Source: Mustelus asterias (lineage: Eukaryota). Taken from it: a DNA stretch of 64,000 bases. The stretch is taken from assembly GCF_964213995.1 (NCBI RefSeq), contig NC_135808.1:23312001-23376000 (forward strand), read 5' to 3'. Under the pieces are notes generated by a model. The model was not told the origin of the DNA. It ran no database searches and was given only the letters and a program-made list of their open reading frames with translations. Positions 35,903 to 49,360 of the stretch are shown here, piece by piece (within the stretch, counting starts at the first letter, position 1; every line of letters starts with the position of its first letter). Made by a program: the position numbers and the translations under genes.

Positions 35903-36731
35903 TGAAGGAGGAAATTTTCCAGAAAACCATATTTGTATCATCAAACATATTTACATATTGGACTAATTGGCACCACTCATAACGGGCCAACAATGCAGAG
36001 GGGCACCCCCGGATGGATATTCGATCGGGTCCCCCCCTGCACAGCTGAGAGACTCACGAATTTCAGAAACCACGGAAGATCCCTAATCTGCCTAGCAACA
36101 GCGCGCAGCTGCATTTTAAACTGGCCAAGGACGATCAAGATCCCTATGAAACGAGACATAGAGTGGGTTATCAAAACCAAGCTATCACTGAAATATTACC
36201 AATTCGGCCAAGGCAGACATAAAAATCTGATAAATTAAGAGATAAGGATAAAAGGTTAAGAATGAAATACTCCAGACACCCAACAGGACAGGATGACATT
36301 AACACTCAATCTCACAAGCAGGAAACACAGACACGGAACAATAGGATCAATTCAAATAAGAGGACACATAGAGATGATAATGGGAAACGCATTTAGACAC
36401 CGGGGCAGGACCAAGTAATCCCATTAACACGAACACACACCATACAAATGCTAATCGATGAAACTTCCTAGGGACGTTTGAAACTGACAGACCACTTTAT
36501 ACATTGTGTAAAAAAAAGCATAATCAAATGTTCCCGCGCGAATTTTGGATCCCTATAAAGATCCAGAGCTGATGTGATTTAAGGGAGATCAACGTGGCCA
36601 AGCCACTGTTTCTGAGCTGGCAACGGGGGTCTCCCTAGGATCCTAGTAATTGTACAATAAAGACACGCTTTGAACCTTGATTTGCGACTCAACTTCTATT
36701 CTGCACTGGTAAGGGATATTTCCCTACAACA
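35903..36731 (+). mobile_element. Solo LTR (829 bp), ERV- or Gypsy-type
   Basis: TGAAGG...ACAACA, 4-bp TSD TTTC, TATAAA ~36554, AATAAA ~36656; empty site at 2921-2935. Confidence 0.88.
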
Positions 36732-39700
36732 TTTCAAAGATATTTGTGATTTGCCAAGACAGAGCGCTTGGGAATGGGAGATCTTGACTTGAGCACACTA
36801 TCCAATGGAGTTTTTGTTTAAGTATTTTATCAGTGTCACAAGTTGGCTTACATTAACACTGCAATTAAGTTCGTGTGAAAATCCCCTAGTCGCCACACTC
36901 AGGCACCTGTTGCTGGGGGAGAATTTAGCATGGTCAATGCACCTCACCAGCACATCTTTTGGTCTGTGGGAGGAAACCCACACAGATACGGGCAGAACGT
37001 GCAGACTCCACACAGGCAGTGACCCAAGCCGGGAATGGAACCTGGGTCTTTGGTGCTGCCCCATTGCACTCACTTAAAGAAACATGAAAAAAGGGCAGAA
37101 GAAATTAGAATTCACAAATTCATCATGTGAATTAATATTTTAAAATGCTTCAGGAGAAATTTGCTGGGATTTAAAATACACTTTCGCTCCTTTCTATGAA
37201 TGTTCAGAAGTAAACTATACATGGGGCTTTCTCAATTTGAGATGATTTGAAAAATGTATCATTTAATCTTCTGCTGAAGTAATGAGATGTCACCGAAGAT
37301 AAGGAGCAAACATGTTAGTGCCAGAAATCAAATTCAATGTCAAAAAATTATATTTGACTGTCAACATTATCCAGGGCTCCCAGTTGAGATAGGATGAAAA
37401 ATAATGGGATGTTTGTCCGAGGAGAGTGATTGAGAGAGAGATGTAGTGTTAGGAAACATACACACTGCACACATATTAGCATCATCATGGGTGTAATCTG
37501 GTATTGAGATATATTTCACAGAAAGGAAAATAGTTTAGACTGGTAATTTGCTGACTTACTCTTGGTGATGTTTGTGCCCTTGTAGAGAGGAAGGTTTCTA
37601 ACAGCTAATAAGATTTTTAGACAGAATGCGTTCTCTCAAAAGACAGAACACTAGTAAGGAGTTAAATGATTCTTACAACAAGCTGACAAGAATCGTTCAC
37701 ACATATGTGAATGCAGGAACAGAATCAAACAAGTAGTTATGATTTTAAAACATATATATTGATATTTTCGACGTATCTTAAATGTATTATTCACATCAGC
37801 CAAAGCGAGCTCCCGCAAGGTATGATGGCAAAGGCAAATATTTTAAAACTAAAGGCCTGGGAACCTAATAATTAGAAAAATTCATATCAGAAAGTTTCAT
37901 AACTCAAACAATATTATGAATAAGGTTCAGTCACTGTCCACAGAATAGATATGTTCCTAGACATGGGATCACATGTCTAGCCATCTTGGCAGTGAGCTGG
38001 TGGGAACATCCACTTTGACCTCTCCAGTAGTGTCTACCATAACCTGGCAACAGTGAAGTAGCTTCAGCCAAGAAGAGAGTTAGCGTCCGGTTTTAATGGA
38101 CAAATGGGATACCATTATTCTGGAAGGCACAATGCAGTTGGCTGAGGTACTTGACAGAGATTTATATTGATGTGTATATACTAAATGTAATTGATTTTAA
38201 TGTCAGGTGGGAATGATTGATAAGAAAAAACTATAATTGATCTGTTTTTGATTGTATATGCCAGATCTATTGAAGAGGTTTTGTCACTCTGCAACAGAGC
38301 TACTGAATCCTTTGGTGGTCTCCAGGCAGCTGCTTGTTTTTCTTTTAAATAAATGTTATGTCTTTATACAGAGATATCTGCCTCGTGAGTTTTGCATTGT
38401 CGATAGTTTAAGATTGCACCGGTCATCTTGAAATACCCCACAACACCTTGTCCATGATAGTTTGGTATAAAATGACAATTGATAGGCTGGTCATTATGAA
38501 AGGCCATGGGACCATGCAGTGGGGTGTAAGCAAAGACCCCACAACAGGACCCCTGTCTCCCCTTCCCTGCCACTCCCCCCCTCCCCATTGTCCAGAAATA
38601 ATGTTGGGATCCGAATGCGAGAGTGACTGGATGAGTGTCATTCTGTTACGTGTGAAGTAGGAACTATACGATCAGTGAGGAGAAGCTTCAGTCTGAGTGA
38701 GACAGAGACCAAAGGAGTAAATTTGGGAATGTGGTTCCAAGTGGAAATTTAACTCGGAAATCTTTTGCACGTTCAGTTTTCGAGTAAAGGCCAAATTCTG
38801 AACTAAAACCAGCAGCCTTCAAGTAAGTTAAATAGCCTAGCTGCCCCGGGCTGTCTGTCGGTGTGTATCTTCTGTGAAAACCATTGTTGGAAGGTGAAAA
38901 CAGAAGTAGAAGTCAGCAAGTACACCCACAGTACCCCTGCAATGGCCAGTTTACAGACTCAACTCACAGCCTTACAGGCCACACCACTACTCTTCGAACA
39001 GGCGGCACAGGGACACATCCACAGGCTGCACTGCACATTTGGCCAAATCTAGAGAGATCTACCCAGCAGACACCCCATCTCCTGGGTCTGGGCAGCACGA
39101 TGGCGCAGTGGTTAGCACTGCTGCCCCACAGCGCCAGGGACCTGGATTCAATCCCCGGCTTGGGCAACTGTCTGTGCCGAGTCTGCACGTTCTCCCCGTG
39201 TCTGCGTGGGTTTTCTCCGGGTGCTCTGGTTTCTTCCCACATTCCAAAAGTTGTGCTGTTTAGGTGCATTAGAAATGCTAAATTCTCCCTCAGTGTAACT
39301 GAACAGGCGCTGGAGGATTTTCACAGTAAACTTCATTGCAACATTAACGTAAGTCTACTTGTGACACGAATAAATAAACTGGAAACTTTAACTTTTGTTC
39401 AGCACCCTCTCCCCCCCGCACCGCCGCCCCCCCCTCACCCCAACCATGTGCAAACCCCAAGGCAGCTCTGTCGAAGAGGATGCAGCAGTGGGACAAGGCT
39501 ACAGTGATACAGATAAAATGGGTACATGAACATTGCACAGTCTTCACCTCGATCCTGCTGGGTCATTTCCAAAGGCATTTAAGAGACAACCACATTGCTG
39601 TGGGTCTGGAGTCACATGTAGGGCAGACCAGGTAAGGACAGCAGATTTCCTTCCTTCAAGGACATTAGTGAACAAGATGGGTTTTTACAACAGTCGGCAA

Positions 39701-41557
39701 TGGCTTCGTGATCATCATTAGACTTTATTTTTGATTGAGTTCAATTTCCATCCTCTACCATAATGGGATTCAACCCAGATTCCCAGAGCTTTATCCTGTG
39801 TCTCTGGATTCCTATCCAGTGACAATACCTCGACACTGCCAGCAGCCCAAACTCCATGTGGAAGTACCGGGCATGTATCACACAGCTTGATGTGTGGTGG
39901 GATTATCAAAATCAGGAATCATTGTGATCCAGCTATAGAGATGTGCAAAGAACAGATTTAATCTTCACTAATAATCCTGTGTGGTAATTCTTTTCGAAAG
40001 TCCATATACAGATATCCACCAAATGTTCCCATCACCGTCTGTTACCATCGCTTGATGTGCATTTCTGACCTTGCAAAGGTCCTTCTGCTGTGAGAGCAGA
40101 GAGGACTGTCACTCAGCCTCTGCTGTTCTCAGCCAGCCTCTCTGGCCCAAACACAGCACCCCGTCCCCAGCTACTGTGGGGACCAGTGGCCAACCGTGAC
40201 CCTCTTGCCTGCTTGCGCCGATCTACTCTCGCAACTTGCCCCACCTGCTCAGACAGATCGACTTCGCGACACCCCCTCCCACCACAATAGCCAGCCCGAA
40301 CCCCCCCTCCCCTGCCATGGCCACTCTGGAGCATGCCCCTCCCTCCCCCACTGATCACTGTGGCACAGTGCACAGAGGTTCCCCCCAGCCCACTAGCACC
40401 AATCGGCTGCCCTGGCCTGGCCCCTCCCCAATAGGCCTGCCCCCTCAGGCCCCACATTCGTGGCATAGCCTGATACCCAGTTGGCAATGCCAGGGTGCTA
40501 GACTGGCACTGCCCAAGGGGCACCCTCCCTGCCAGCTACCCCTGGCGGAGAGCCACAAGGCCTCTATTTCTACCAGCGAGGCCATTACATCTGGTCCCCA
40601 TTGGTGGGGGCCAGCTGTGATTCTCCCTGGAGAGAATCTCTCCCGGTGAGGCCACAGAGGAAAGTGAACACAGACGATAACGTCCCAGGCTCGTGAATTC
40701 AATGCAAAAGATATGTAAATTTTATTTAAATGATTTATTCAGCCTTGCCCCGGAAATGGATGCGAGGCTGACCTTGCCGGATGTCTGGTGTGGGTAAGAT
40801 CGCAACAGGGGAGAAGTCGGGCGTGAACCTGATTTCTCGACTTGCTCACGATATTACCGACTCACCCCGACCATCAGCCAGTGGGGCACAAAGGGAAGAT
40901 CACCTCCCTCGACAGGATAAACAGAGTGAAAGTGTTAATGATCATACAGAAGCTGCTATGAGGGAAACCACTGGCCTCTATTAAAGCTTCCCAGATAAGC
41001 ATCAAGGCCGAGACACAAGGAAGGAAAGCCTAGAATAGAGGTTCATTTATTAACAAAGGCTATTAGACTGAAAGAGTTCATTAAATTAGACATCTGGACA
41101 TGGGAGAGGTATTTGATATCTACAAACCCAGACTCAAGCTAGGATGTTACAGATAACTTGTAACAACATGAATTCATAGAATCCCTACAGTGCAGAATGA
41201 GGCCATTTGGCCCATCGAGTCTGCACCAACCACAATCCCACCAGGCCCTATTCCTGTAACCCCACATATTTATCCTGCTAATCCCCCTGACACTAGGGTC
41301 AATTTATCATGGCCAATCAACCTAACCCGCATCTTTGGACTGTGGGCGGAAACCGGAGCACCCGGAGGAAACCCATACAGGAACAGGGAGAATGTGCAAA
41401 CTCCACACAGACAGTGACCCGAGGCCGGAATTGAACCCTGGTCCTTGGTGCTGTGAGGCAGCAGTGCTAACCACTGTGCCACCGTGCTGCCCCACTGTGC
41501 CACCTCTATTAGGTCAGCTAACATGATTAAATCTTTATGCTAATTGGATATTACAAT

Positions 41558-42440
41558 TGTTATAATCCAGGTCAGAAACTCCAAGGTATTTTATGAAGTC
41601 AGCCTGAACCATAAGTTTTACACTTTGAATTTGGCTGGGGGAAGCATGAGATGTTTCACTTCAGCTATAATTTAAATGACCCACGAGGGAGCTTTTATCA
41701 AACAAAGTTTCTTTAAGAATACAGTTAACAAATAGAATGAAAATGTGCAATAACCTTTACTATTACAAACAAGAAAAAACATAACCATGATATTGTATAA
41801 ACCTTAACAACGAAATACACTGTTCCAATACAACAAACATCCTTATAAACATACACCTGCCTCAGGTTTAGCACAGAAAATAAGAATACTCACGCGGTTT
41901 TGCAGCTCAGCAACGCCTGCTGTGAATTAGTCCTTTGGATAGAATTGAAACTCTGGCGTCTCAGGCTTGTAACTTCCAGCAGACATTGAGGTAGAGATAA
42001 AGCCACTGCTGGCCTCTAACTATTAACCAGCAAACCACTGACAGCAAGGTTTTCACTCCAGGAAGGCAAGAAAAACTGCTTCCAACAGAGCAGAATTTCT
42101 AATAACAGGGAGAGAGGCACGGAAATACCGCCTTTCAGTCTGAAGTCCAAACACCTTCCAACTAAAAAAGCAGCCAGCAGCCCAAACCACAAGTGAAATA
42201 ACTCTTGTCACCTGACCTATCAATCATTCTTCCCTCTAACAATTGAAAAGGGTTGTAAACTCATAAAGGTCCAGGACATCACAGTAGGCCCAGATTAAAA
42301 ATAAACAAAACCCCATTTAAGCAGCAATAAAAGGACACCTAAGCACACAAGTTGGCAACAATGAAAAAAACACAGCTGCCTACAAACTGCAGAAAACATG
42401 ATTTAAATAATACATTTCTTAAAGGCACAGTAGTGTCACA
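41558..42440 (-). mobile_element. Solo LTR, duplicated paralog of 9911-10787
   Basis: Same position in the duplicated block; TG...CA ends. Confidence 0.78.
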
Positions 42441-45400
42441 TAATTAAACAGGCATGCAACGGTGGTGATTGGTGTTTAACATTTGTATCATATGCATGTT
42501 GTAACCTGAATCAATAATTGTGAGTGGATAGAGATAGCTCCCATACCTTGATTGGTATGTTGGTTACTCGTAATCATATCTGAAAGTATAACTGCTTGTG
42601 CAATTCTGAATTCTGTACTCTGGCTGCCTTTCTGGGATCCTTGCGATATAGCTCGCATATCAAACAGATGTGTGACTTGGTTTGGCTACATCAAGGGAAA
42701 AAAGTTGTAACAACTTGAGAAGGCTGATCACCAAAAAGCCCCACAACACAGGGCAGATCAGAGTAGCTTAAACAATGTAACTCCAGATAGAGCAATGCCT
42801 GAGAGCCCATCACCTCTAGAATCTGCACAGGGTAAACTAGGCAGATCAGAATAGCTTAAACAGTGCAGCTCCTGATAGAGCAATGCCTGACAACCCATAA
42901 CCTCTAGAATCAGTGCAGGGTAAACAATGAATCGCCTGATGAAGGAGCAGCGATACAAAAGCTCGTGATCCCAAATAAACCTCTTGGACTTTAACTTGGT
43001 GTTGTGAGACTTCTTACTCCAGAATCTGTGCAGGGTAAACAGGTCAGATCAGAACAGCTTCAAAAGTGCAGCTCCAGATAGAGCAATTCCTGACAAACTA
43101 TTGCCACAGTTCCGTTCACAGAGAGTCACATATGCAGTGTTTAAATCAGTCAGTCGCTGTCATTTCAATTAAATCTTCCCAGATTTTCTCATCCACTCTG
43201 CCGCTGATCTCGGGACTGGTGTCCCTGGATTACAAACCGGACACTGAGGATGAGAAAGAAATACATTGCTATAGAGTGAGGCAATCCCAGCAGAAGTGGA
43301 ACACCCCCAACAAAACCCCTCAGATCCACCCAACTCCCACATATACCAGAAGCAAAATCCATCAGACCCCTAACACCTAATACTGCAGAAACCTGAAATC
43401 GTACAGAGAGTGTAGGGGTGAAATTAAAAGGGAAACCAGGAAAGTAAAGTGAGGGCATGAAAAATGCTGCCAAGAAAATATCAAGAAACCTCCAAGGATG
43501 TTCTCTAAGTACATGAAGAGAAAAGGAGAAGGAAAGGGTAGAGTCTGTTGGAGACCAATAAGATTGTCCGTGTGAGAGGGTGGAGAATGTGGTGAGATTG
43601 TGAATAAATACATTGCCACTGTCTTTGGGAAACAGTGAGCAATGCTGCCATTGCACTTAAAGAAGAAGAGTGTGAACTACTGCATCAGATAAACATTGTA
43701 ACAGAGGATGGATTAACAGATTTTAGAGTTTTGAAAGTCGATAAATCTCCTGGTTAAAATAAGCAAGGGAGGACATTCAAGAGGCTCTGATCATCAGAAT
43801 CATCCCTCCCGGGCTACAGGAGTGTGGAAGGAGATTAAAGGACTGCCAACCTTATACCATGGATTGAAAAGGGAAGAAAAGGTAACCTGAGTAATTATAC
43901 ACCAGTTAGTGTAACTTCGGTGGTGGGAAAATTATTGGAATCAATTTTGAGGAACGGTGCACACCTTCATTTAGACTAAACTGATTTAAAATTTGGAAGA
44001 GGTAAGAAGGAGGGTTGATGAGGGCAGTGGGGTGGACGTGGTCAAGAGAGATTTTAATAATGCTTTAGACAAGGTCCCACACGGCGGGCTGGTCAGAAAT
44101 GTAAAAATCATTGAGATCCAACACACATTGGCAAATCAGACCCCAAATAGCTCAGTGGCAGGAAGCAAAGGGTTAAGGGGTTTTAGTGACTGCAAGGCTG
44201 TTACCAGTGGGGGTTTCAAAGGACCCAGCTCTCACGCCTTTGCTTTTTGTAGTTTATATTAATTAATTAGATTCAAATGTAGGGGGAATGATAAAGAAGT
44301 TTAGAGATGTACAAATATTGTCCGTGTGGGTGACAGTGAGGAGGAAAACTTCAGACTGCAGGAAGATAGAGATGGTCTGGGCAGTTGGGAAGAACAGTGG
44401 AAAATGGAATTCAATCCGGAGCACTGAGAGGTGATGGATTTTGGGAGGATTAACAAGGCAACGGGATTCCCCGATAAATGGGAGGATAATGAGTAATGTG
44501 GAGGAACAGAAGGACCCAGGAGTGTATGTCCCCAGATTGGGAAAGGTATCAGGTCAGGACAGGTTAATAACATGTTTAGGAAGATATATAACATGTTCTC
44601 CTTTATTAGCCAAGACACAGAACAGAGAGGTTTTGCGAGAACTGTAAACAACATCAGACAGACGAGAGCTGAAGCATTGCAAACAGTCTGGTCAGCACAT
44701 TACACAAAAGATGTGATTGTATTGGAGAGAATGCAGAGGAGATTGTTTAATGTGGGCAGGACTGGAGAATGTTCACTGTGAGGAAAGAGCGGATAGGCTG
44801 GAATAGGATTCTGTCGAACAGAGGAGGCCGAGGGGAGATTTAATTGAGGTGGATATAATTATGAGGAGCCATGGTAAATCGAGATAACACATTTACCCAA
44901 GCACAAGGGTCAAAAACCAAGGGGCACAGGTTTAAAGTAATTGGTAGAAAGATCAGGGTGGAAATGAGGAAAGAGTTTTTCACCCAGAGGGTGCGAGGGA
45001 CCCGGGACTCACTGTCTGAAAGGATGGTAGAGGCAGAAACTCTCACCACATTGAGTCAATTCTTGGATGTCGAGTTGAAGAGCTGTGATCTACAGAGCTG
45101 CAGACCGAGTACAGGAAGGTGAGATTAGGCTGGAGAGCTCTTCATTAACAGGAAGGGATATGATGGGCTGAATGGCCTCACTCTCGATCATAAATTTTCT
45201 GCCATTCAACATTCCATCCACACAACACCAGTTAAACCCATCAGAGCCCCAAACACAGCTAAACCCATCAGACCCCCAAACACCAGCTAAACCCATCAGA
45301 CCCCCAAACACCACCAAAAGCCATCAGAGCCCCAAACACCAGCTAAACCCATCAGCGCTCCAAACACCAGCTAAACTCATCAGACCCCCAAACACCAGCA

Positions 45401-46596
45401 AAACCCATCAGACCCCCAAACACAAGCTAAACCCATCAGACCCCCAAACACCAGCTAAACCCATCAGGCCCCCAAACACCAGCTAAACCCATCAGCGCTC
45501 CAAACACCAGCTAAAGTCATCAGACCCCCAAACACCAGCAAAACCGATCAGACCCCCAAACACTAGCGAAACCCATCAGACCCCCAAACAGCAGCAAAAC
45601 CCATCAGGCCCGCAAACACCAGCTAAACCCATCAGCGTTCCAAACACCAGCTAAACCCATCAGTCCCCCAAACACCAGCTAAACCCATCAGACCCCCAAA
45701 CACCAGCAAAACCCATCAGACCCCCAAACACCAGCTAAACCCATCAGAGCCCCAAACACCAGCTAAACCCATCAGACCCCCAAACACCAGCTAAACCCTA
45801 AACACCAGCTAAACCCATCAGAGCCCCAAACACCAGCTAAACCGCGAAGATCCACTCTGTCCCCCAAACATTCAGCGAAAGATCAGAACCATCACAAAAC
45901 ACGATTGATGTTAAATCCTGTGGGAATGACAGACCCCAATGGCCAAATTCAGGGAAAACTCTGGGAATTCTGTCTTCCTTAAGGAAATTGAGCCCTCCCC
46001 CCCGCACCCTCTCCCCTCCCCCCCAGCACCCTCCCCCCCGCACCCTCCCACCTCACCCCCACCCCCCGCACCCTCCCCCCCTCACCCTCCCCCCCAGCAC
46101 CCTCTCCCCCTCACTCACCGACTCTCACATCCCCCCTCATTCACCGACTCTCACTCCCCCCTCACTCACCGACTCTCACTCCCCCCTCACTCACTGACTC
46201 TCACTCCCCCCTCGCTCACCGACTCTCAGTAATTTTTGTCCGTACTCCAGATATTTCCTCAGCCACTCGATACACTCCACCTCCAGGTAACGTTTCCATC
46301 GCTGGTTAATGACCGTGCTGCCCTCCCACTTTTGTTTGATGATCTCTCCCCAAGGGACGGGGGTCACCCACACCAGAAGATCCTTATCAAAACTGATGAA
46401 ATCTAGTCCGTCCCACCCGTACTGGTTGAATCCAGTCGTATTCCCATCATCACTCAGGTCACAGCCGGTCATCAGCTGGTGTATGTGGATCCCGGTGGAT
46501 TAGAAAGATAACCTGCCAATCAGGGCCAGTCCCAATAAAAGCCGCACTCACCATGAACCCATCCAAACAGATCCGTTCCCACTGGAGGTCCAGCCA

Positions 46597-46640
<44 letters not shown>

Positions 46641-46847
46641 CCAATCTGGCCCAATCCAACTGGAGGCAAAGCCACCAAACACACACAATCAGATTCAGTC
46701 GACCAACAGACCTTACAGAGCTCATGCACAACCTCAGTTAATCAGCCCCCAGTCCCAGATCCTGATCCGCTCCCAGTTTCTCCCACTCTGACCCAGACGC
46801 CCCGCATCCTGAGAGAGAGGCTGAGTGCTGGGAGAGTGAAGACTCAC

Positions 46848-48463
46848 AAAGAACAAAGAACAATACAGCACAGGAACAGGCCCTTCGACCCGCCAAGCCC
46901 GTGCCGTTCCCTGGTCCAAACTAGACCATTCTTTTGTATCCCTCCATTCCCACTCCGTTCATATGGCTGTCTAGATAAGTCTTAAACGTTCCCCAGTGTG
47001 TCCGCCTCCACCACCTTGCCTGGCAGCGCATTCCAGGCCCCCGCCACCCTCTGTGTAAAATATGTCCTTCTGATATCTGTGTTAAACCTCCCCCCCCGCC
47101 TTCACCTTGAACCTATGACCCCTCGTGAACGTCACCACCGACCTGGGGAAAACCTTCCCACCGTTCACCCTATCTATGCCTTTCATAATTTTATACACCT
47201 CTATTAAGTCTCCCCTCATCCTCCATCTTTCCAGGGAGAACAACCCCAGTTTACCCAATCTCTCCTCATAACTAAGCCCCTCCATACCAGGCAACATCCT
47301 GGTAAACCTCCTCTGTACTCTCTCCAAAGCCCCCACGTCCTTCTGGTAGTGTGGCGACCAGAACTGGACGCAGTATTCCAAATGCGGCCGAACCAACGTT
47401 CTATACATCTGCAACATCAGACCCCAACTTTTATACTCTATGCCCCATCCTATAAAGGCAAGCATGCCATATGCCTTCTTCACCACCTTCTTCACCTGTG
47501 ACGTCACCTTCAAGGATCTGTGGACTTGCACACCCAGGTCCCTCTGCGTATCTACACCCTTTATGGTTCTGCCATTTATTGTATAGCTCCTCCCTACATT
47601 ATTTCTACCAAAATGCATCTCTTCGCATTTATCAGGATTGAACTCCATCTGCCATCTCTTTGCCCAAATTTCCAGCCTATCTATATCCTTCTGTAGCTTC
47701 TGACAATGCTCCTCACTATCTGCAAGTCCTGCCAATTTTGTGTCGTCCACAAACTTACTGATCACCCCAGTTACACCTTCTTCCAGATCGTTTATATGAA
47801 TCACAAACAGCAGAGGTCCCCATACAGAGCCCTGCGGAACACCACTAGTCACAGCCGGAAAAAGACCCTTCCACTACCACCCTCTGTCTTCTGTGACCAA
47901 GCCAGTTCTCCACCCATCTAGCCACCGCCCCCTTTATCCCATGAGATCCCACCTTTTTCACCCGCCTACCATGAGGGACTTTGTCAAACGCTTTACCTAA
48001 GTCCATATAGACCACATCCACGGCCCTTCCCTCGTCAACCATTCTGGTCACTTCTTCCAAAAACTCCACCAGGTTAGTGAGGCATGACCTCCCTCTCACA
48101 AAACCATGCTGACTATCGTTAATGAGTTTATTCCTTTCTAAATGCGCATACATCCTATCTCTAAGAATCTTCTCCAACAACTTCCCCACCACGGACGTCA
48201 AGCTCACCGGCCTATAATTATCCGGGTTATCCTTCCTACCCTTCTTAAATAATGGGACCACATTAGCTATCCTCCAATCCTCTGGGACCTCACCTGCGTC
48301 CAGTGACGAGACAAAGATTTGCGTCAGAGGCCCAGCGATTTCATCTCTTGTCTCCCTGAGCAGCCTTGGATAGATTCCATCAGGCCCTGGGGATTTGTCA
48401 GTCTTTATATTCTCTAACAAACCTAACACTTTCTCCCTTGTAATGGAGATTTTCTCCAACGGT
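46848..48463 (-). mobile_element. CR1 LINE inserted in the intron 2 donor of gene B
   Basis: RT ORFs 47082-47852 and 47845-48460; GTGA duplicated at 48464-48467 and 46844-46847. Confidence 0.93.
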
Positions 48464-48784
48464 TCACCTCCTGACTGGTTGGTTGGTTCGATACATGAGG
48501 GTCTGAATATTATCTTTGAGACATCGTGCCCCCTCCTGTGTGAGCTTCTTCTTCTGTTCCCAGGACTCAAGCCCCTCACTCTCCACCATCCACTGCTCCC
48601 GGGGGATCAGCTCCCTCCGATCGCTGTCGTACACAACAAACGGGACACCGTCCACATAACCGACAGCCACAAACTCCGGGAAACCTGGAATTGGAGTCAT
48701 TCCCGTGAGGAAACACCGGAGAGAGTGAGACCCTGAAATATAGAGAGAGAGAATTCAGGATAGACACCCGAAAAACACCAACAC

Positions 48785-48787
<3 letters not shown>

Positions 48788-48841
<54 letters not shown>
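48788..48841. repeat. (CA)n microsatellite (others 16929-16956, 28162-28185, 46597-46639)
   Basis: Direct reading. Confidence 0.95.
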
Positions 48842-48844
<3 letters not shown>

Positions 48845-48899
48845 ATCAGGGCATGAACCCCAAAACACTGATTCCAAACTGAGAGCAAGACCTCCACCC

Positions 48900-49201
48900 A
48901 TGCCCCTGTACCCAGCCTGGCATTGCCCCTCTCACACCCCATCACTCACTGACCCAAGGTTAATGCCCCAGTGCCCAGCCTGGCACTGCCCCTCTCACAC
49001 CCCATCACTCACTGACCCAGGGTTAATGCCCCAGTACCCAGCCTGGCATTGCCCCTCTCACACCCCATCACTCACTGACCCAGGGTTAATGCCCCAGTAC
49101 CCAGCCTGGCATTGCCCCTCTCACACCCCATCACTCACTGACCCAGGGTTAATGCCCCAGTACCCAGCCTGGCATTGCCCCTCTCACACCCCATCACTCA
49201 C
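48900..49201 (-). repeat. 63-bp minisatellite in gene B intron 1 (~4.7 copies)
   Basis: Same unit as 28241-28593. Confidence 0.95.
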
Positions 49202-49360
49202 CTGCAGACACCTCTCCACACAGAAGGACCAGCTCTATCAGTCCAATCATTGCTGCTTCCCTCATGTTGAGAGAAACATTTGGAGGAAACTCTTTTTCAA
49301 AGAAAGGCCATTTTCTCAACTCACTCCTTCTGTCTTTTCCTGTTGACACTGAGCCTCAAT

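Larger units (their letters stand above)
32904..45993 (+). repeat. Segmental duplication block, copy B
   Basis: Colinear with 1-16465 apart from copy-specific TE insertions. Confidence 0.95.
46220..49250 (-). pseudogene. MHC class I pseudogene (gene B): leader 49202-49250, alpha1 48468-48732, alpha2 46220-46492; alpha3/TM/CY absent
   Basis: Exons homologous to gene A. Alpha1 is 265 nt (extra ACCA, frameshift); CR1 inserted at intron 2 donor; alpha2 acceptor reads ccaccg instead of ccacag; sequence at ~45993 joins the equivalent of 16465. Confidence 0.92.

Noticed and set aside
46191-46492. Gene B as a functional secreted alpha1-alpha2-only molecule
   Set aside because: Upstream frameshift and mutated acceptor prevent an in-frame alpha1-alpha2 product.
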